Source: Bacteroidia bacterium
Lineage (GTDB): Bacteria; Bacteroidota; Bacteroidia; UKL13-3
DNA: 64,000 nucleotides
Direction: 5' to 3'
NCBI GenBank assembly: GCA_023151275.1
Contig: JAKLJI010000004.1
Coordinates: 4,946-68,945 of the forward strand
Shown: positions 29,708-38,762 of the stretch, one piece after another
Position numbering within the stretch: the stretch's first letter is position 1
How the letters are laid out: every line of letters starts with the position of its first letter
Translations under genes and position numbers: made by a program
The notes under the pieces: generated by a model
Seen by the model: only the letters and a program-made list of their open reading frames with translations
What the model was told of the DNA's origin: nothing
Database searches by the model: none

Positions 29708-30757
29708 CTACAGGTGATTCTTTCGGATAAAACTAGTAGTACTCAACAAATGCATCAACGAGCATCTGAGTAGGCCTCCCATGGTTTCTGCGCGTTCAAA
29801 ACGACTGCTTTTGTAATGCTCGCTCAGTTCCTCGCGTAACCTCCTAACGTGGTCTTCCGGTGCCAATGGGTCCCGACTCATGGCTTCAATCAGCCTAACC
29901 AAAGGCCATTTTGCAGCTTTCATCCGGTTTATCATCATGGCGCGCTCCTCACGTTGGTACTGCTTCATCGATTCAACTGAAATATACTTCATCCCCAATT
30001 CCACATAGGGATTGTTTTGCTTGTAATATTGCGGAAGGTAAACCGTCTTCTTGCCTTCGTAACATTGCTGGTCAAAATCAATGGCGCGAATGCGGTAATG
30101 CACTTCTTCAAAATCTGGCGTAAGCTGAATTACAAAATTGCTGCTGTGCATATCACCCAATAGCTTAATAAAACAACGCTCGTTGAATTTAATAAACTCC
30201 TTCGATAAGCGAATGGGATTGAAATCGCTATGGTCTTGATACAACTTTAAAAAAGCATCGCCCGGAACACCCGCAATATGTTCTTCAATTAGCGTGTCGT
30301 TGTACACAAGATAATGAATTCGGTTGGGCGACAATAAGTGCTCAAGTTCTAGTCCGAGTATGCGCGATGCATCAGCCTTTTTTACATAGAAATAATCAAA
30401 ATTGTCGTTTATTCGGTTCACAATCCGAATGCGAAATGGTGAGGTGTTTCCGTACAGGCAGTTATCAATCCGGTCAACATACAAATGCTCCATCACCCCA
30501 ATATCTCCGCCGGCTTTCATCAAGGCATACACCTCAATTAGTCCACGCTGCAATTCGTTAAACCATTCATGCGGATACATGCAGGTTTCCCAAAGCGTGT
30601 CTTTGCCTTTTTTATCGTACAAGGCAATTGAATCACTAAAGCCCATCAAATCACGATACTCAATTCCAATGCGCATTTCACGATGGTGGTGCTTCAAATA
30701 ATTGCGCAAATAAGCACCCACCGGAACGGGAATTTTCTTTTTCGATATTTCGGGCAT
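29708..30757 (-). CDS. Conserved hypothetical protein with atypical kinase-like (HipA/PI3K-like) motifs
   Basis: YVKK, ELE, LLGDMHSSNF, RAIDFDQQ. Confidence 0.6.
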   Translation of the reverse strand: MPEISKKKIPVPVGAYLRNYLKHHHREMRIGIEYRDLMGFSDSIALYDKKGKDTLWETCMYPHEWFNELQRGLIEVYALMKAGGDIGVMEHLYVDRIDNCLYGNTSPFRIRIVNRINDNFDYFYVKKADASRILGLELEHLLSPNRIHYLVYNDTLIEEHIAGVPGDAFLKLYQDHSDFNPIRLSKEFIKFNERCFIKLLGDMHSSNFVIQLTPDFEEVHYRIRAIDFDQQCYEGKKTVYLPQYYKQNNPYVELGMKYISVESMKQYQREERAMMINRMKAAKWPLVRLIEAMSRDPLAPEDHVRRLREELSEHYKSSRFERAETMGGLLRCSLMHLLSTTSFIRKNHL

Positions 30758-30841
30758 AACAGGCTCAATTTAATCAAATTCGTGCTTAAAACACTTGCTC
30801 GCGTTCAAGATTCAAAATGAGCATTCATTCCAATTTTTTTT

Positions 30842-30985
30842 GGGCATGCCCCCTTGGAGGATAATTATTTTCAGCTTCGCAATGCGTTTCCACCAAGGGG
30901 TCGGGTGTTTGCTCCAATCTTTTTGCCTGCCCTTGCGACGCCGGCCCGCGCGCGCAAAAAGGATTTCCACGTCACCCCCTCATGC
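30842..30985 (+). ncRNA. Structured element copy B (Flavo-1-like RNA/ssDNA motif)
   Basis: GGGCATG-CCCCCTTGG...CCAAGGGG-TCGGGTGTTTGC...AATCTTTTTGC...GCAAAAAGGATT-TCCACGTCACCCCCT-CATGC. Confidence 0.65.
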
Positions 30986-31167
30986 GGGTTTCCGTTATCC
31001 AATCTTACTTTCCTCGCCGATTTAAATATGGAATACTACCTGGTTAAAATTTTTAGTACATATTAAATGCCTGGGCATGCAACGCCGAATAATCCCATTG
31101 GAAATCAAATTGGAAGAAATAAGGACTTCTTAATTGCCTATTTCGGCTTTACTTGTATTTTCACCGA

Positions 31168-32574
31168 ATGAATGCAGAACTGAATAATCCGAAGACCATT
31201 CGTGCCTGGACTTTTTACGACTGGGCAAATTCGGTATTCTCACTTACCATTGCTACGGCCATTTTCCCACCCTACTACGAAGCAGTAAGTAAGGCCGCTT
31301 CTATAAGCCAAGGCAATGCTCCAGATGGACCATTTTACCTCGATATACTTGGGCTTAAAGTTGTCAATACGGCCTTGTATTCCTATGCCCTTTCGCTGGG
31401 ATTCCTTTTAGTAGCCTTCTTTTCGCCGGTTCTTTCAGGCATTGCCGATGCACGTAAAAATAAGAAAACCTTCATGCGCTTTTTTGCCTACCTGGGTTCA
31501 TTAAGCTGCCTGCTCATGTTTTTTATGACACCGGAAACGGTTTATTTTGGTATCTTACTTTTTGTCCTTAGCTTGTTTGGCTTTGGTGGGTCAATTGTTT
31601 TTTACAATGCATTTTTACCCGAAATTGTCACCGAAGACCGCTACGATGAGGTAAGTGCCCGTGGATTTTCAATGGGCTATATTGGTTCGGTACTTCTCCT
31701 AATTATTAATCTGGCTCTCATTATCAAAGCTGATTTCTTTTTCCCGATAGAGAACCTTGCCAAGGAATATGAACTAGCAGGATTGGATGCCACACTTGCC
31801 CTTGAAAAGGCCAAAAGTTATTATGAAACACTAGCCATTCGCTTAAGCTTTGTAAGCGTAGGAGTATGGTGGGCCGGTTTTGCCCAGATTACCTTCAGCA
31901 ACCTCTATGAAGACAAATCGCTTGCCTTAAAGGGTGATGACTCTCTTATTCACAAAGGATTTAGGGAAATTAAGAAGGTGCTCCAGGAAATTAGAAAGCC
32001 AGAACAAGCTAAAATAAGAAACTACCTTCTCGGTTATTTTTTCGCGTCCATGGGTGTTCAAACTGTTATGTATGTGGCCAGTTTATTTGGTTCACAAGAA
32101 TTAAAAATGGCAACCGATGAACTCATTCTTACCATACTCATCATTCAGTTAATTGCCATTGCCGGTGCATGGGCATTCTCCAAGTTATCGGGCAAAATCG
32201 GTAATATTTATACCCTGCTTATCATGCTTCTTGTTTGGATTGGTATTACCATAGCGGCCTATTTTGTAAGTTCTTCCAATCAATTTTATGCACTTGCAGT
32301 AGTTGTGGGTATTGTTATGGGTGGTATTCAATCCATGTTCCGTTCAACTTATGCAAAACTTATTCCGGATCATACCACAGAAACAGCAAGCTGGTTTAGC
32401 TTTTTCGATTTTTGCGAGAAAATTGCCATTGTACTAGGAACCTTGATTTATGGCCTGCTCATTGATGCAACACAAAGTATGCGCAGCTCGGTATTGGCGC
32501 TCATGTTGTTTTTTTTAGTAGGTTTGTTTTTTATATCGCGAATTAAAAACTTTATCGGTCAAAGCTCAGATTAA
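31168..32574 (+). CDS. MFS transporter (UMF1/Atg22-like); ATG 31168 preferred
   Basis: AWTFYDWANS, SPVLSGIAD, FYNAFLP, GGIQSMFRSTYAKLIP; about 12 TMs. Confidence 0.9.
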   Translation: MNAELNNPKTIRAWTFYDWANSVFSLTIATAIFPPYYEAVSKAASISQGNAPDGPFYLDILGLKVVNTALYSYALSLGFLLVAFFSPVLSGIADARKNKKTFMRFFAYLGSLSCLLMFFMTPETVYFGILLFVLSLFGFGGSIVFYNAFLPEIVTEDRYDEVSARGFSMGYIGSVLLLIINLALIIKADFFFPIENLAKEYELAGLDATLALEKAKSYYETLAIRLSFVSVGVWWAGFAQITFSNLYEDKSLALKGDDSLIHKGFREIKKVLQEIRKPEQAKIRNYLLGYFFASMGVQTVMYVASLFGSQELKMATDELILTILIIQLIAIAGAWAFSKLSGKIGNIYTLLIMLLVWIGITIAAYFVSSSNQFYALAVVVGIVMGGIQSMFRSTYAKLIPDHTTETASWFSFFDFCEKIAIVLGTLIYGLLIDATQSMRSSVLALMLFFLVGLFFISRIKNFIGQSSD

Positions 32575-33305
32575 TGGCAGTTCAGAAAATCCAGATTCAA
32601 ATTCCCTGCTTCGTCGATCAATTCAAACCTGAAACCGGAATGAATTTAGTGAAGGTGCTTGAAAAGGCAGGTTGCCAGGTGAATTACAACCCGGAACAAA
32701 CCTGTTGTGGGTTGCCGGCATTCAATGCAGGCCAATGGGAAGATTCTCGTCAAGTAGCTGAGAAGTTTTTGGATGAAATTTCACTCGATAAAAATCTGGT
32801 ATGCGCGGCATCTGCTTGCACATCCATGATTCGCAATTCCTACGATTTGCTGTTTCAAAATTCAAGCTTCCACAACAAATACCGTCAGCTTCAGAAAAAA
32901 ACCTTTGAACTGAGTGAGTTTCTGATTGATGTTTTGAAAATAGACCAGTTGGGTGCTCGCTTTGATGGCAAAGTCTTACTCATGGATTCTTGCCAGGCTA
33001 CCGGGCATTGCGGAATCGCTGCTCAGCCTCGTCAGTTGCTTAAAAACGTGGAAGGTCTTGAGCTTGTAGAATTGCCCAAAGAGGGCATGTGCTGCGGTTT
33101 TGGCGGAATGTTTGCCGTGCGTTCAGAGGCCATGTCGGTTAGCATGGGACTTGAGATTTTGGAAGCTGCAGAACTGGCCGGAGCCACTGCAATAACATCT
33201 ACAGATACAACCTGCTTATTGCAATTGGAAAGTCTTTTAAAGAACAAACCCCGTTCCGGACTAAAAGTCCTTCATTTGGCTGATATTTTGGCTTCAGGTT
33301 GGTAG
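32574..33305 (+). CDS. CCG-domain Fe-S protein (LutA/YkgE family)
   Basis: PCFVDQ, QTCCGLPAFNAG, CCGFGGMF; two CCG domains. Confidence 0.88.
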   Translation: MAVQKIQIQIPCFVDQFKPETGMNLVKVLEKAGCQVNYNPEQTCCGLPAFNAGQWEDSRQVAEKFLDEISLDKNLVCAASACTSMIRNSYDLLFQNSSFHNKYRQLQKKTFELSEFLIDVLKIDQLGARFDGKVLLMDSCQATGHCGIAAQPRQLLKNVEGLELVELPKEGMCCGFGGMFAVRSEAMSVSMGLEILEAAELAGATAITSTDTTCLLQLESLLKNKPRSGLKVLHLADILASGW

Positions 33306-33334
33306 TTTTGTAATCCATTACTCCGCTCAATTTC

Positions 33335-34390
33335 ATGAAAAAATATTCCCATGCGCAATTGCGCAGTTTTACAGAACAAGTCTTTGTAAAGTTGGGCATG
33401 CCCGCCAATCAAGCTGAAATTGCTTCCTCCGTTTTAACAGAAGCCGATTTGCGAGGTATAGATTCGCATGGTGTGGCTCGTTTAAGCGGTTATGTTCGTC
33501 TGCGCGATGCAAACCGAGCCAATTTTGCACCGAGTTTAAAGATTCTACACGAAACGCCATCAACTGCCAGCCTGGATGCCGATTTGGGCCTGGGCTTGTT
33601 CACAGCACAAGAGGCTATGAAATTGGCCATGGAAAAGGCGCGCAATGTGGGAACGGGTTGGGTTGCGGTGCAAAATAGCAATCACTTTGGAATAGCCGCA
33701 GCTCACGCCATGATGGCGCTTGAGGAGGATATGATTGGATTTGCCATGACGAATGCAAGCCCCTTGGTGGCTCCAAGCGGAAGCAAAGAACGTATGTTGG
33801 GTACAAATCCAATTTGTGTAGCCATACCCGCCGGAAAAGAAAAACCATTTGTATTGGACATGGCAACCAGTGCTGCAGCCAATGGAAAGCTGGAAATTGC
33901 TCAGCGCCTAGGCAAGTCGCTACCTGATAATTGGGTACAAACGCGCGAGGGAGGCTCAAGTAACGATGCATTTGAACTTAAAAATGGAGGCTCATTGCTT
34001 CCTTTAGGCGGACATAAGGGTTATGGTTTGGCCGCAATGGTTGATATTTTGTCGGCGGTATTACCAGGCGCAAATTATGGTCCCTGGGTGCCACCATTTG
34101 TTGCCTTTCTAAACCCATTGGAAAATTTACCCGGAAAGGGAATCGGGCATTTTGTAGGCGCCATGCGTGTGGATGCGTTTCGTCCAAAAGAAGAGTTTCT
34201 TGCTCACATGGACAATTGGATTCAACGCTTCAAGGCCTCTGAACGATTAAATCCGGAAGAGCCTGTGCTAATACCCGGTGAGCCGGAGCTTGCCGCAAAA
34301 CAAGAAAGATTGGCAACTGGTATCGGGTTGAATGCAGAAGTTGAAAATGACTTATTGGCTTTAGCTGCTCGATTTGAACTTAGTTTGTAA
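33335..34390 (+). CDS. Ldh_2 family (malate/L-lactate/ureidoglycolate) dehydrogenase
   Basis: ADLRGIDSHG, NSNHFG, GTNPI, LDMATS, GGHKGYGL, IPGEPE. Confidence 0.92.
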   Translation: MKKYSHAQLRSFTEQVFVKLGMPANQAEIASSVLTEADLRGIDSHGVARLSGYVRLRDANRANFAPSLKILHETPSTASLDADLGLGLFTAQEAMKLAMEKARNVGTGWVAVQNSNHFGIAAAHAMMALEEDMIGFAMTNASPLVAPSGSKERMLGTNPICVAIPAGKEKPFVLDMATSAAANGKLEIAQRLGKSLPDNWVQTREGGSSNDAFELKNGGSLLPLGGHKGYGLAAMVDILSAVLPGANYGPWVPPFVAFLNPLENLPGKGIGHFVGAMRVDAFRPKEEFLAHMDNWIQRFKASERLNPEEPVLIPGEPELAAKQERLATGIGLNAEVENDLLALAARFELSL

Positions 34391-34487
34391 AAGACCTTTA
34401 GCTTCCAACTCATTCATAAGTGGACTTTTCTGCCCTGGTTGTTTAATAATTGATAAAAAGTGCTAAATTCATTCAAATTTTAAACCT

Positions 34488-34715
34488 ATGGGAGGAATTA
34501 GAGGAAAAGTAAAAACCATTATTATGGACAAAGCACCTTCTGCAGATAGCTTGAGGATGCAAAGCAACTTAGGATTTCAAAGTGGTGGCTATACCAGCCT
34601 CACAGATGCCTTGAATGCCGAGTTTGAAATTACATTAACAGAAGCAGAAGTTGAAGCCCAGGCTACCGTAAACGATGTAGTTCTGTTGGTTGAAAGCAAG
34701 GTTCCGAATCCTTAA
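34488..34715 (+). CDS. Divergent acyl-carrier-protein-like small protein
   Basis: 75 aa; KVKTII...LGFQS...L.AEFEITL...ATVNDVV aligns with the ACP helix pattern; own terminator. Confidence 0.55.
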   Translation: MGGIRGKVKTIIMDKAPSADSLRMQSNLGFQSGGYTSLTDALNAEFEITLTEAEVEAQATVNDVVLLVESKVPNP

Positions 34716-34754
34716 AAAGAAATGGGCTCAGAATTTTCCGAGCCCATTTCTTTT
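34715..34754. terminator. Bidirectional intrinsic terminator
   Basis: AAAAGAAATGGGCTCAGAATTTTCCGAGCCCATTTCTTTT between convergent genes. Confidence 0.85.
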
Positions 34755-34770
34755 CTACCCTAATCAAAAT

Positions 34771-35541
34771 TTATTGGTATTCGTTGAATTGGAGAATGAA
34801 TGTTTTTTGGTGCTGAGTAAAAGGAATAAAGCTTTCAAAGTTTCTTCCACTTCTTTCCAATTGAATTGTTTTTTGCTCTCCGTTTAGCAACTTTTCAAAC
34901 TCTTCAGATTTCTCTTTATTTGGAAGCAGCAAGTAGGTTTCTTTTTCAAAGGCACTTGAATCCTCATCATTTTCGTAATATTCTGAAATGCTGAAAAAGT
35001 GTTTTTTGCCATTCAAAGTGTCTTGCCAAATCAGGGATAAATTACCAGGTCTTCCATTTAGCTGGTTAATAAATGAAAGGGTTTTCTCACTTTTACCAAT
35101 CCAGTTTTTGTTGAATTCATAGGCTTCAAGCTCTACTTCTTCGGCTAATTGTGTCTGTAAATGCTTGGCAAATTCTAAACTTTTTTTGCTTGCAATTTCC
35201 TTGTAGTAGTTATCTCCGGCAAACAAGGCAATTGCTACAATTGGAAAGCCTGAAAGCAAAATCCATTTCAAGCGCTTCACCTTTTGCGGACTATCTTCAG
35301 ACTGCGGTTCACCGCGGGAGGCTATTCGGCTAAGGTTAAACATGATATTCAAAATAAGCGCCCCTGCCATTAGGGAGAGTAAGGCTAAAATTGAAATACC
35401 AAAGAATTCTTTCCGAAAGCTAATGAGTTGGAGGTCGAAAATTTCGGTAACAATAAAGCCGAATACCCAGAATAAAAGAAGAAGAATTGCAATCAAACCG
35501 ATTGAGTTGCTAAGTTTTACAATGGTTTTTGGGTTCAACAT
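34771..35541 (-). CDS. Hypothetical membrane protein (3 N-terminal TMs); ATG 35541 preferred because the track start lies in a terminator
   Basis: Hydrophobic segments SNSIGLIAILLLLFWVFGFIV, FFGISILALLSLMAGALILNIMFNL, WILLSGFPIVAIALFAG. Confidence 0.75.
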   Translation of the reverse strand: MLNPKTIVKLSNSIGLIAILLLLFWVFGFIVTEIFDLQLISFRKEFFGISILALLSLMAGALILNIMFNLSRIASRGEPQSEDSPQKVKRLKWILLSGFPIVAIALFAGDNYYKEIASKKSLEFAKHLQTQLAEEVELEAYEFNKNWIGKSEKTLSFINQLNGRPGNLSLIWQDTLNGKKHFFSISEYYENDEDSSAFEKETYLLLPNKEKSEEFEKLLNGEQKTIQLERSGRNFESFIPFTQHQKTFILQFNEYQ

Positions 35542-35561
35542 GTTGGTAGATTTATTTTTAC

Positions 35562-35597
35562 AAAAAATGCCATTCACCCGAAAGTGAATGGCATTTT
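35562..35597 (-). terminator. Intrinsic terminator after the lipoprotein gene
   Basis: AAAAAATGCCATTCAC-CCGAAA-GTGAATGGCATTTT. Confidence 0.8.
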
Positions 35598-35613
35598 AAA
35601 ATAGCTAATTTTA

Positions 35614-37344
35614 TTAATTTGAGCAACGCTCTACTTCAAATTCTACTACAACTGAATTTGGTAGCGTAGCTCCAGGAGGTGTGTCGTACAAATAGTCAAT
35701 ACGCTCAGTATATTGGCCGGTACCATAATAAACAGAGGCTCTGTATTTGGTACCTGGTTTCAATAAACTTTTCAGGAGGTTAGTCTTTGAATAGGGATTG
35801 TTATTGTACACTGCATCTGAAGAAATCATTTTTGTCCAAGAAACTCCGGAAGGAGAGGTTTCAATTGGATAAACTCTATGACCATTCACATAATTTGCCA
35901 GATTTTGATAAACACTTTCTTCAATGAAATAAACAGTTGTATTCGGAGGAAGTGTGGCAAAGTTCATGCTTCCGCTTTTACATTTTGCGCGGAAATAAAA
36001 GTTAATTACATCTGTTGAAGTTCCTCTGTAATCAAGCGTTAATGTGGCATTACAGGCTGGCAGTTCCAGCGCGTTTTTTGACAAACTTAAATCTTGCGAC
36101 AAATACCTGACAGCGTTAATTCGGATTCTATCTACATTAATTCCAATTGAACTTGCAATCGCATTTCGAATAACTTCATCGTTACCCATTGCGGTGATTT
36201 CTGTTCCCTCTATGGTTAGGAGCGAGCTGAAACGAATAATGGGTTGAAAAGTAACCACCAGTGGCTCTTCAGTATCTTTTAAGATGGTGGGTGTATTTAA
36301 GGTGAAATTACATTTTGTAGACATCAGCCCAACCAACCACGATGAAAGGTGGGTTATGGACATATTGGCCTCGAGTTTGCCGGTAGTTGAATTTTTGGTA
36401 ATCGTTGTACTTCCTTCACGAACCCAATTGCTTTCATTGTCATTTTTGCTGAAAACATCAAGAAGATCACCTTCTTTGTATGGTGCAGAAGTTGTAGGAT
36501 TGAGCATTCCGTCAGGAATCTCAATGATACTATTCACCGGCTTACTGAATGATTTAACTTCCTTTCCTCCCGAAGTCATATCAATAGTAAGTAAACCAAC
36601 TGGACGAAGTTGGGTGGCTGAAAGTGTTGCGCCTGTTGCATCTTTAATTTCCAAATCCGACATCTTCCCGGGTAGGGCTTCGTAAGATTCTGCTGAATTA
36701 ACGGAATTGTGTATTACGCGTGATTCAACTTCTCCACTTACCGGATTTCCACTTGCATCTTTTAATATGGTTCCGCTACTTATGCTTAAGGTTGCTTTGG
36801 TTGATTTGTCTGCGCCAGCATCCGAAACAATTGATACATCGGTTGAAACTTCACCATTTCCAGCTGCGGAAACAAGCTGGGTTTTAGCACCCATTCCACC
36901 AGGTAAATTTGTAATTTTTACTAAAGAAATCGTTTGCGTTACAGGCGCTGCGGAATACAATTTTACGGTATACACCTCAGAAAGAAATCCGTTTGCTTCT
37001 ATATTGATAGTGTATTCAATTGGGTTGGTTATTGTGGGTACAACTCCTTTTCTCAAGGATATCAATAAGGCTCCTTCTTTTACATAAATGTCTTTTCTTC
37101 CGGTAGCTGAATAAACCTTATCAGCATCTTTACCCGTTATTTTTACCTCCAAATTCTCAAAGGCAGCATCTGAATAACCGCTTTTGGCATCAACCAAATT
37201 GAAAAAAGAGGGAGCATTGATTGCATCTGCCCGAACTGTTATTTGAAATCCTTCAGTTGGAGTTTTCAATTTGCAGGCGATGGGTAAGCTCGCAAAGCCA
37301 GCTACAAGTCCATACAGGGAGGCTTTAAGTAATATCTTTTTCAT
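35614..37344 (-). CDS. Large hypothetical surface lipoprotein
   Basis: Leader with lipobox LPIAC-K; beta-rich, Ser/Thr-rich; internal ITHLSSW motif. Confidence 0.75.
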   Translation of the reverse strand: MKKILLKASLYGLVAGFASLPIACKLKTPTEGFQITVRADAINAPSFFNLVDAKSGYSDAAFENLEVKITGKDADKVYSATGRKDIYVKEGALLISLRKGVVPTITNPIEYTINIEANGFLSEVYTVKLYSAAPVTQTISLVKITNLPGGMGAKTQLVSAAGNGEVSTDVSIVSDAGADKSTKATLSISSGTILKDASGNPVSGEVESRVIHNSVNSAESYEALPGKMSDLEIKDATGATLSATQLRPVGLLTIDMTSGGKEVKSFSKPVNSIIEIPDGMLNPTTSAPYKEGDLLDVFSKNDNESNWVREGSTTITKNSTTGKLEANMSITHLSSWLVGLMSTKCNFTLNTPTILKDTEEPLVVTFQPIIRFSSLLTIEGTEITAMGNDEVIRNAIASSIGINVDRIRINAVRYLSQDLSLSKNALELPACNATLTLDYRGTSTDVINFYFRAKCKSGSMNFATLPPNTTVYFIEESVYQNLANYVNGHRVYPIETSPSGVSWTKMISSDAVYNNNPYSKTNLLKSLLKPGTKYRASVYYGTGQYTERIDYLYDTPPGATLPNSVVVEFEVERCSN

Positions 37345-37347
37345 AAT

Positions 37348-38064
37348 TTAGTTTTCTTTTAAGCTGTTTAACCGAATGTTGATGCCGATATTCATAACAG
37401 GCAACCAGCTGTAGCCTTTGATGTTTTCTCTCAATACAGCCTGCTGGTTGCTTGTAGGCTCCAACATGCCCGTTGCACTGAAATTTAACTGGGGAGTTTG
37501 TATGTAATAGGCTCCTAAATCAAGTGATACTCCAACCCGGCCTTTGGGTACAGCTCTTCCAAAACCAATTCCCACATAGGCACTTGGTTTAAATGTTACC
37601 CCAAACTTAATTTCACCTACCTCTTTGGGTGAGATTTTAATATCGCCTTGTTGAACCGAATCTTTCAATAATCCTGTTGCAGCAATATCTGTCATAATGG
37701 AAGATGCACCAAGCGTAAGTTTGAACGCATTGTTAAATGGATGCCAATCTAAAAAGCCTCCAACCGATCCTATGGTGGCATTTATGTCGAGAATGACTTT
37801 CGTTTTATTAAAGTCGTACTCAAAATTCTTGATCTCAACGGGCAGGTATTTGCCATCAAGTCGTAACTGCAGATTGCCTTTCTTGTTCAGCGTAAAGCCA
37901 AGGTTAGCTCCGGGGCCATTGGTTGACAGGTTTATCCCAAAAGCAAATCCCGGTTTTGTACACCTGTCTTCGGTTTGGATAGGAGTGGGGCTAAGATCAG
38001 GAGCCTGAGCGAATGTCCCAAATGCCAGTAATAACCAGGCAATTAGTGTAGTGCTTTTTTTCAT
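37348..38064 (-). CDS. Hypothetical outer-membrane beta-barrel protein
   Basis: Signal peptide; alternating amphipathic strands (LSTNGPG, LDWHPF, AYVGIGFG, SLDLGAYY, PVMNIGINIRL). Confidence 0.7.
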   Translation of the reverse strand: MKKSTTLIAWLLLAFGTFAQAPDLSPTPIQTEDRCTKPGFAFGINLSTNGPGANLGFTLNKKGNLQLRLDGKYLPVEIKNFEYDFNKTKVILDINATIGSVGGFLDWHPFNNAFKLTLGASSIMTDIAATGLLKDSVQQGDIKISPKEVGEIKFGVTFKPSAYVGIGFGRAVPKGRVGVSLDLGAYYIQTPQLNFSATGMLEPTSNQQAVLRENIKGYSWLPVMNIGINIRLNSLKEN

Positions 38065-38170
38065 TGAGGTTAGTTTAGGCCAAATGTAAAATTTCGGATT
38101 AAAACTTCCTAGTTCATTGGTCCCTGGGATTAATAATTGATAAAAACCTAAACTAAAGTCAATGAATTTT

Positions 38171-38755
38171 TCAAAATTTCATCAACTTGAGCAGCTCCTC
38201 TTGAATTTTTACCTGCTTATCGTATGCATACCATTTGTGCAATTCTTCGGCATAATTTGCAGCCGTTTCCGGATTGTTTTTTAACTGAACAACCAAATCT
38301 TGTGCTTCCACAGGACGAGGTCCCCAAGTGCTTTGCAATTCATTGGATTCATTTAAAATCAACAATTTAGGAATAGAACGTCCGCCATTGGTTAAATGTG
38401 CATCCATCAATTCCAGGTTTTGATCGCGATAAACCAATTTCAAGTTTATCTTTCCTGCTGAGGCCTGAGCAAGGGCGGCCAGAACCGGAACAATTTGAGC
38501 GGCATCTCCGCACCAATGCTCTGAAATCACCAGCCAATTTTGCTTGCCAGCTTTTGCTGCAATTGCGGCCAATAAATCGGCATTTAGCTGAATGGTTCGT
38601 TCTATCCGGCTAAGCCGCTGCCAGTTCATAGGCAGGTATTGTTTGTACGGATTTTCGTCTGAACCATTCAGTTCCTTTTCAAAATTTTCTTTGTAGCTTG
38701 AGAAATCAATTCCCTTGGCTAAGTAAAAGCCATAATCTATTGCCTCTTTTTCCAT
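38171..38755 (-). CDS. Thioredoxin-family protein (WCGD type)
   Basis: ISEHWCGD, RDQNLELMD, TNGGRSIP, WGPRP. Confidence 0.9.
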   Translation of the reverse strand: MEKEAIDYGFYLAKGIDFSSYKENFEKELNGSDENPYKQYLPMNWQRLSRIERTIQLNADLLAAIAAKAGKQNWLVISEHWCGDAAQIVPVLAALAQASAGKINLKLVYRDQNLELMDAHLTNGGRSIPKLLILNESNELQSTWGPRPVEAQDLVVQLKNNPETAANYAEELHKWYAYDKQVKIQEELLKLMKF

Positions 38756-38762
38756 AGTGTTA

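Noticed and set aside
30795..31066. Track ORFs 30795-31025 and 30854-31066
   Set aside because: Shadows of structured element B.
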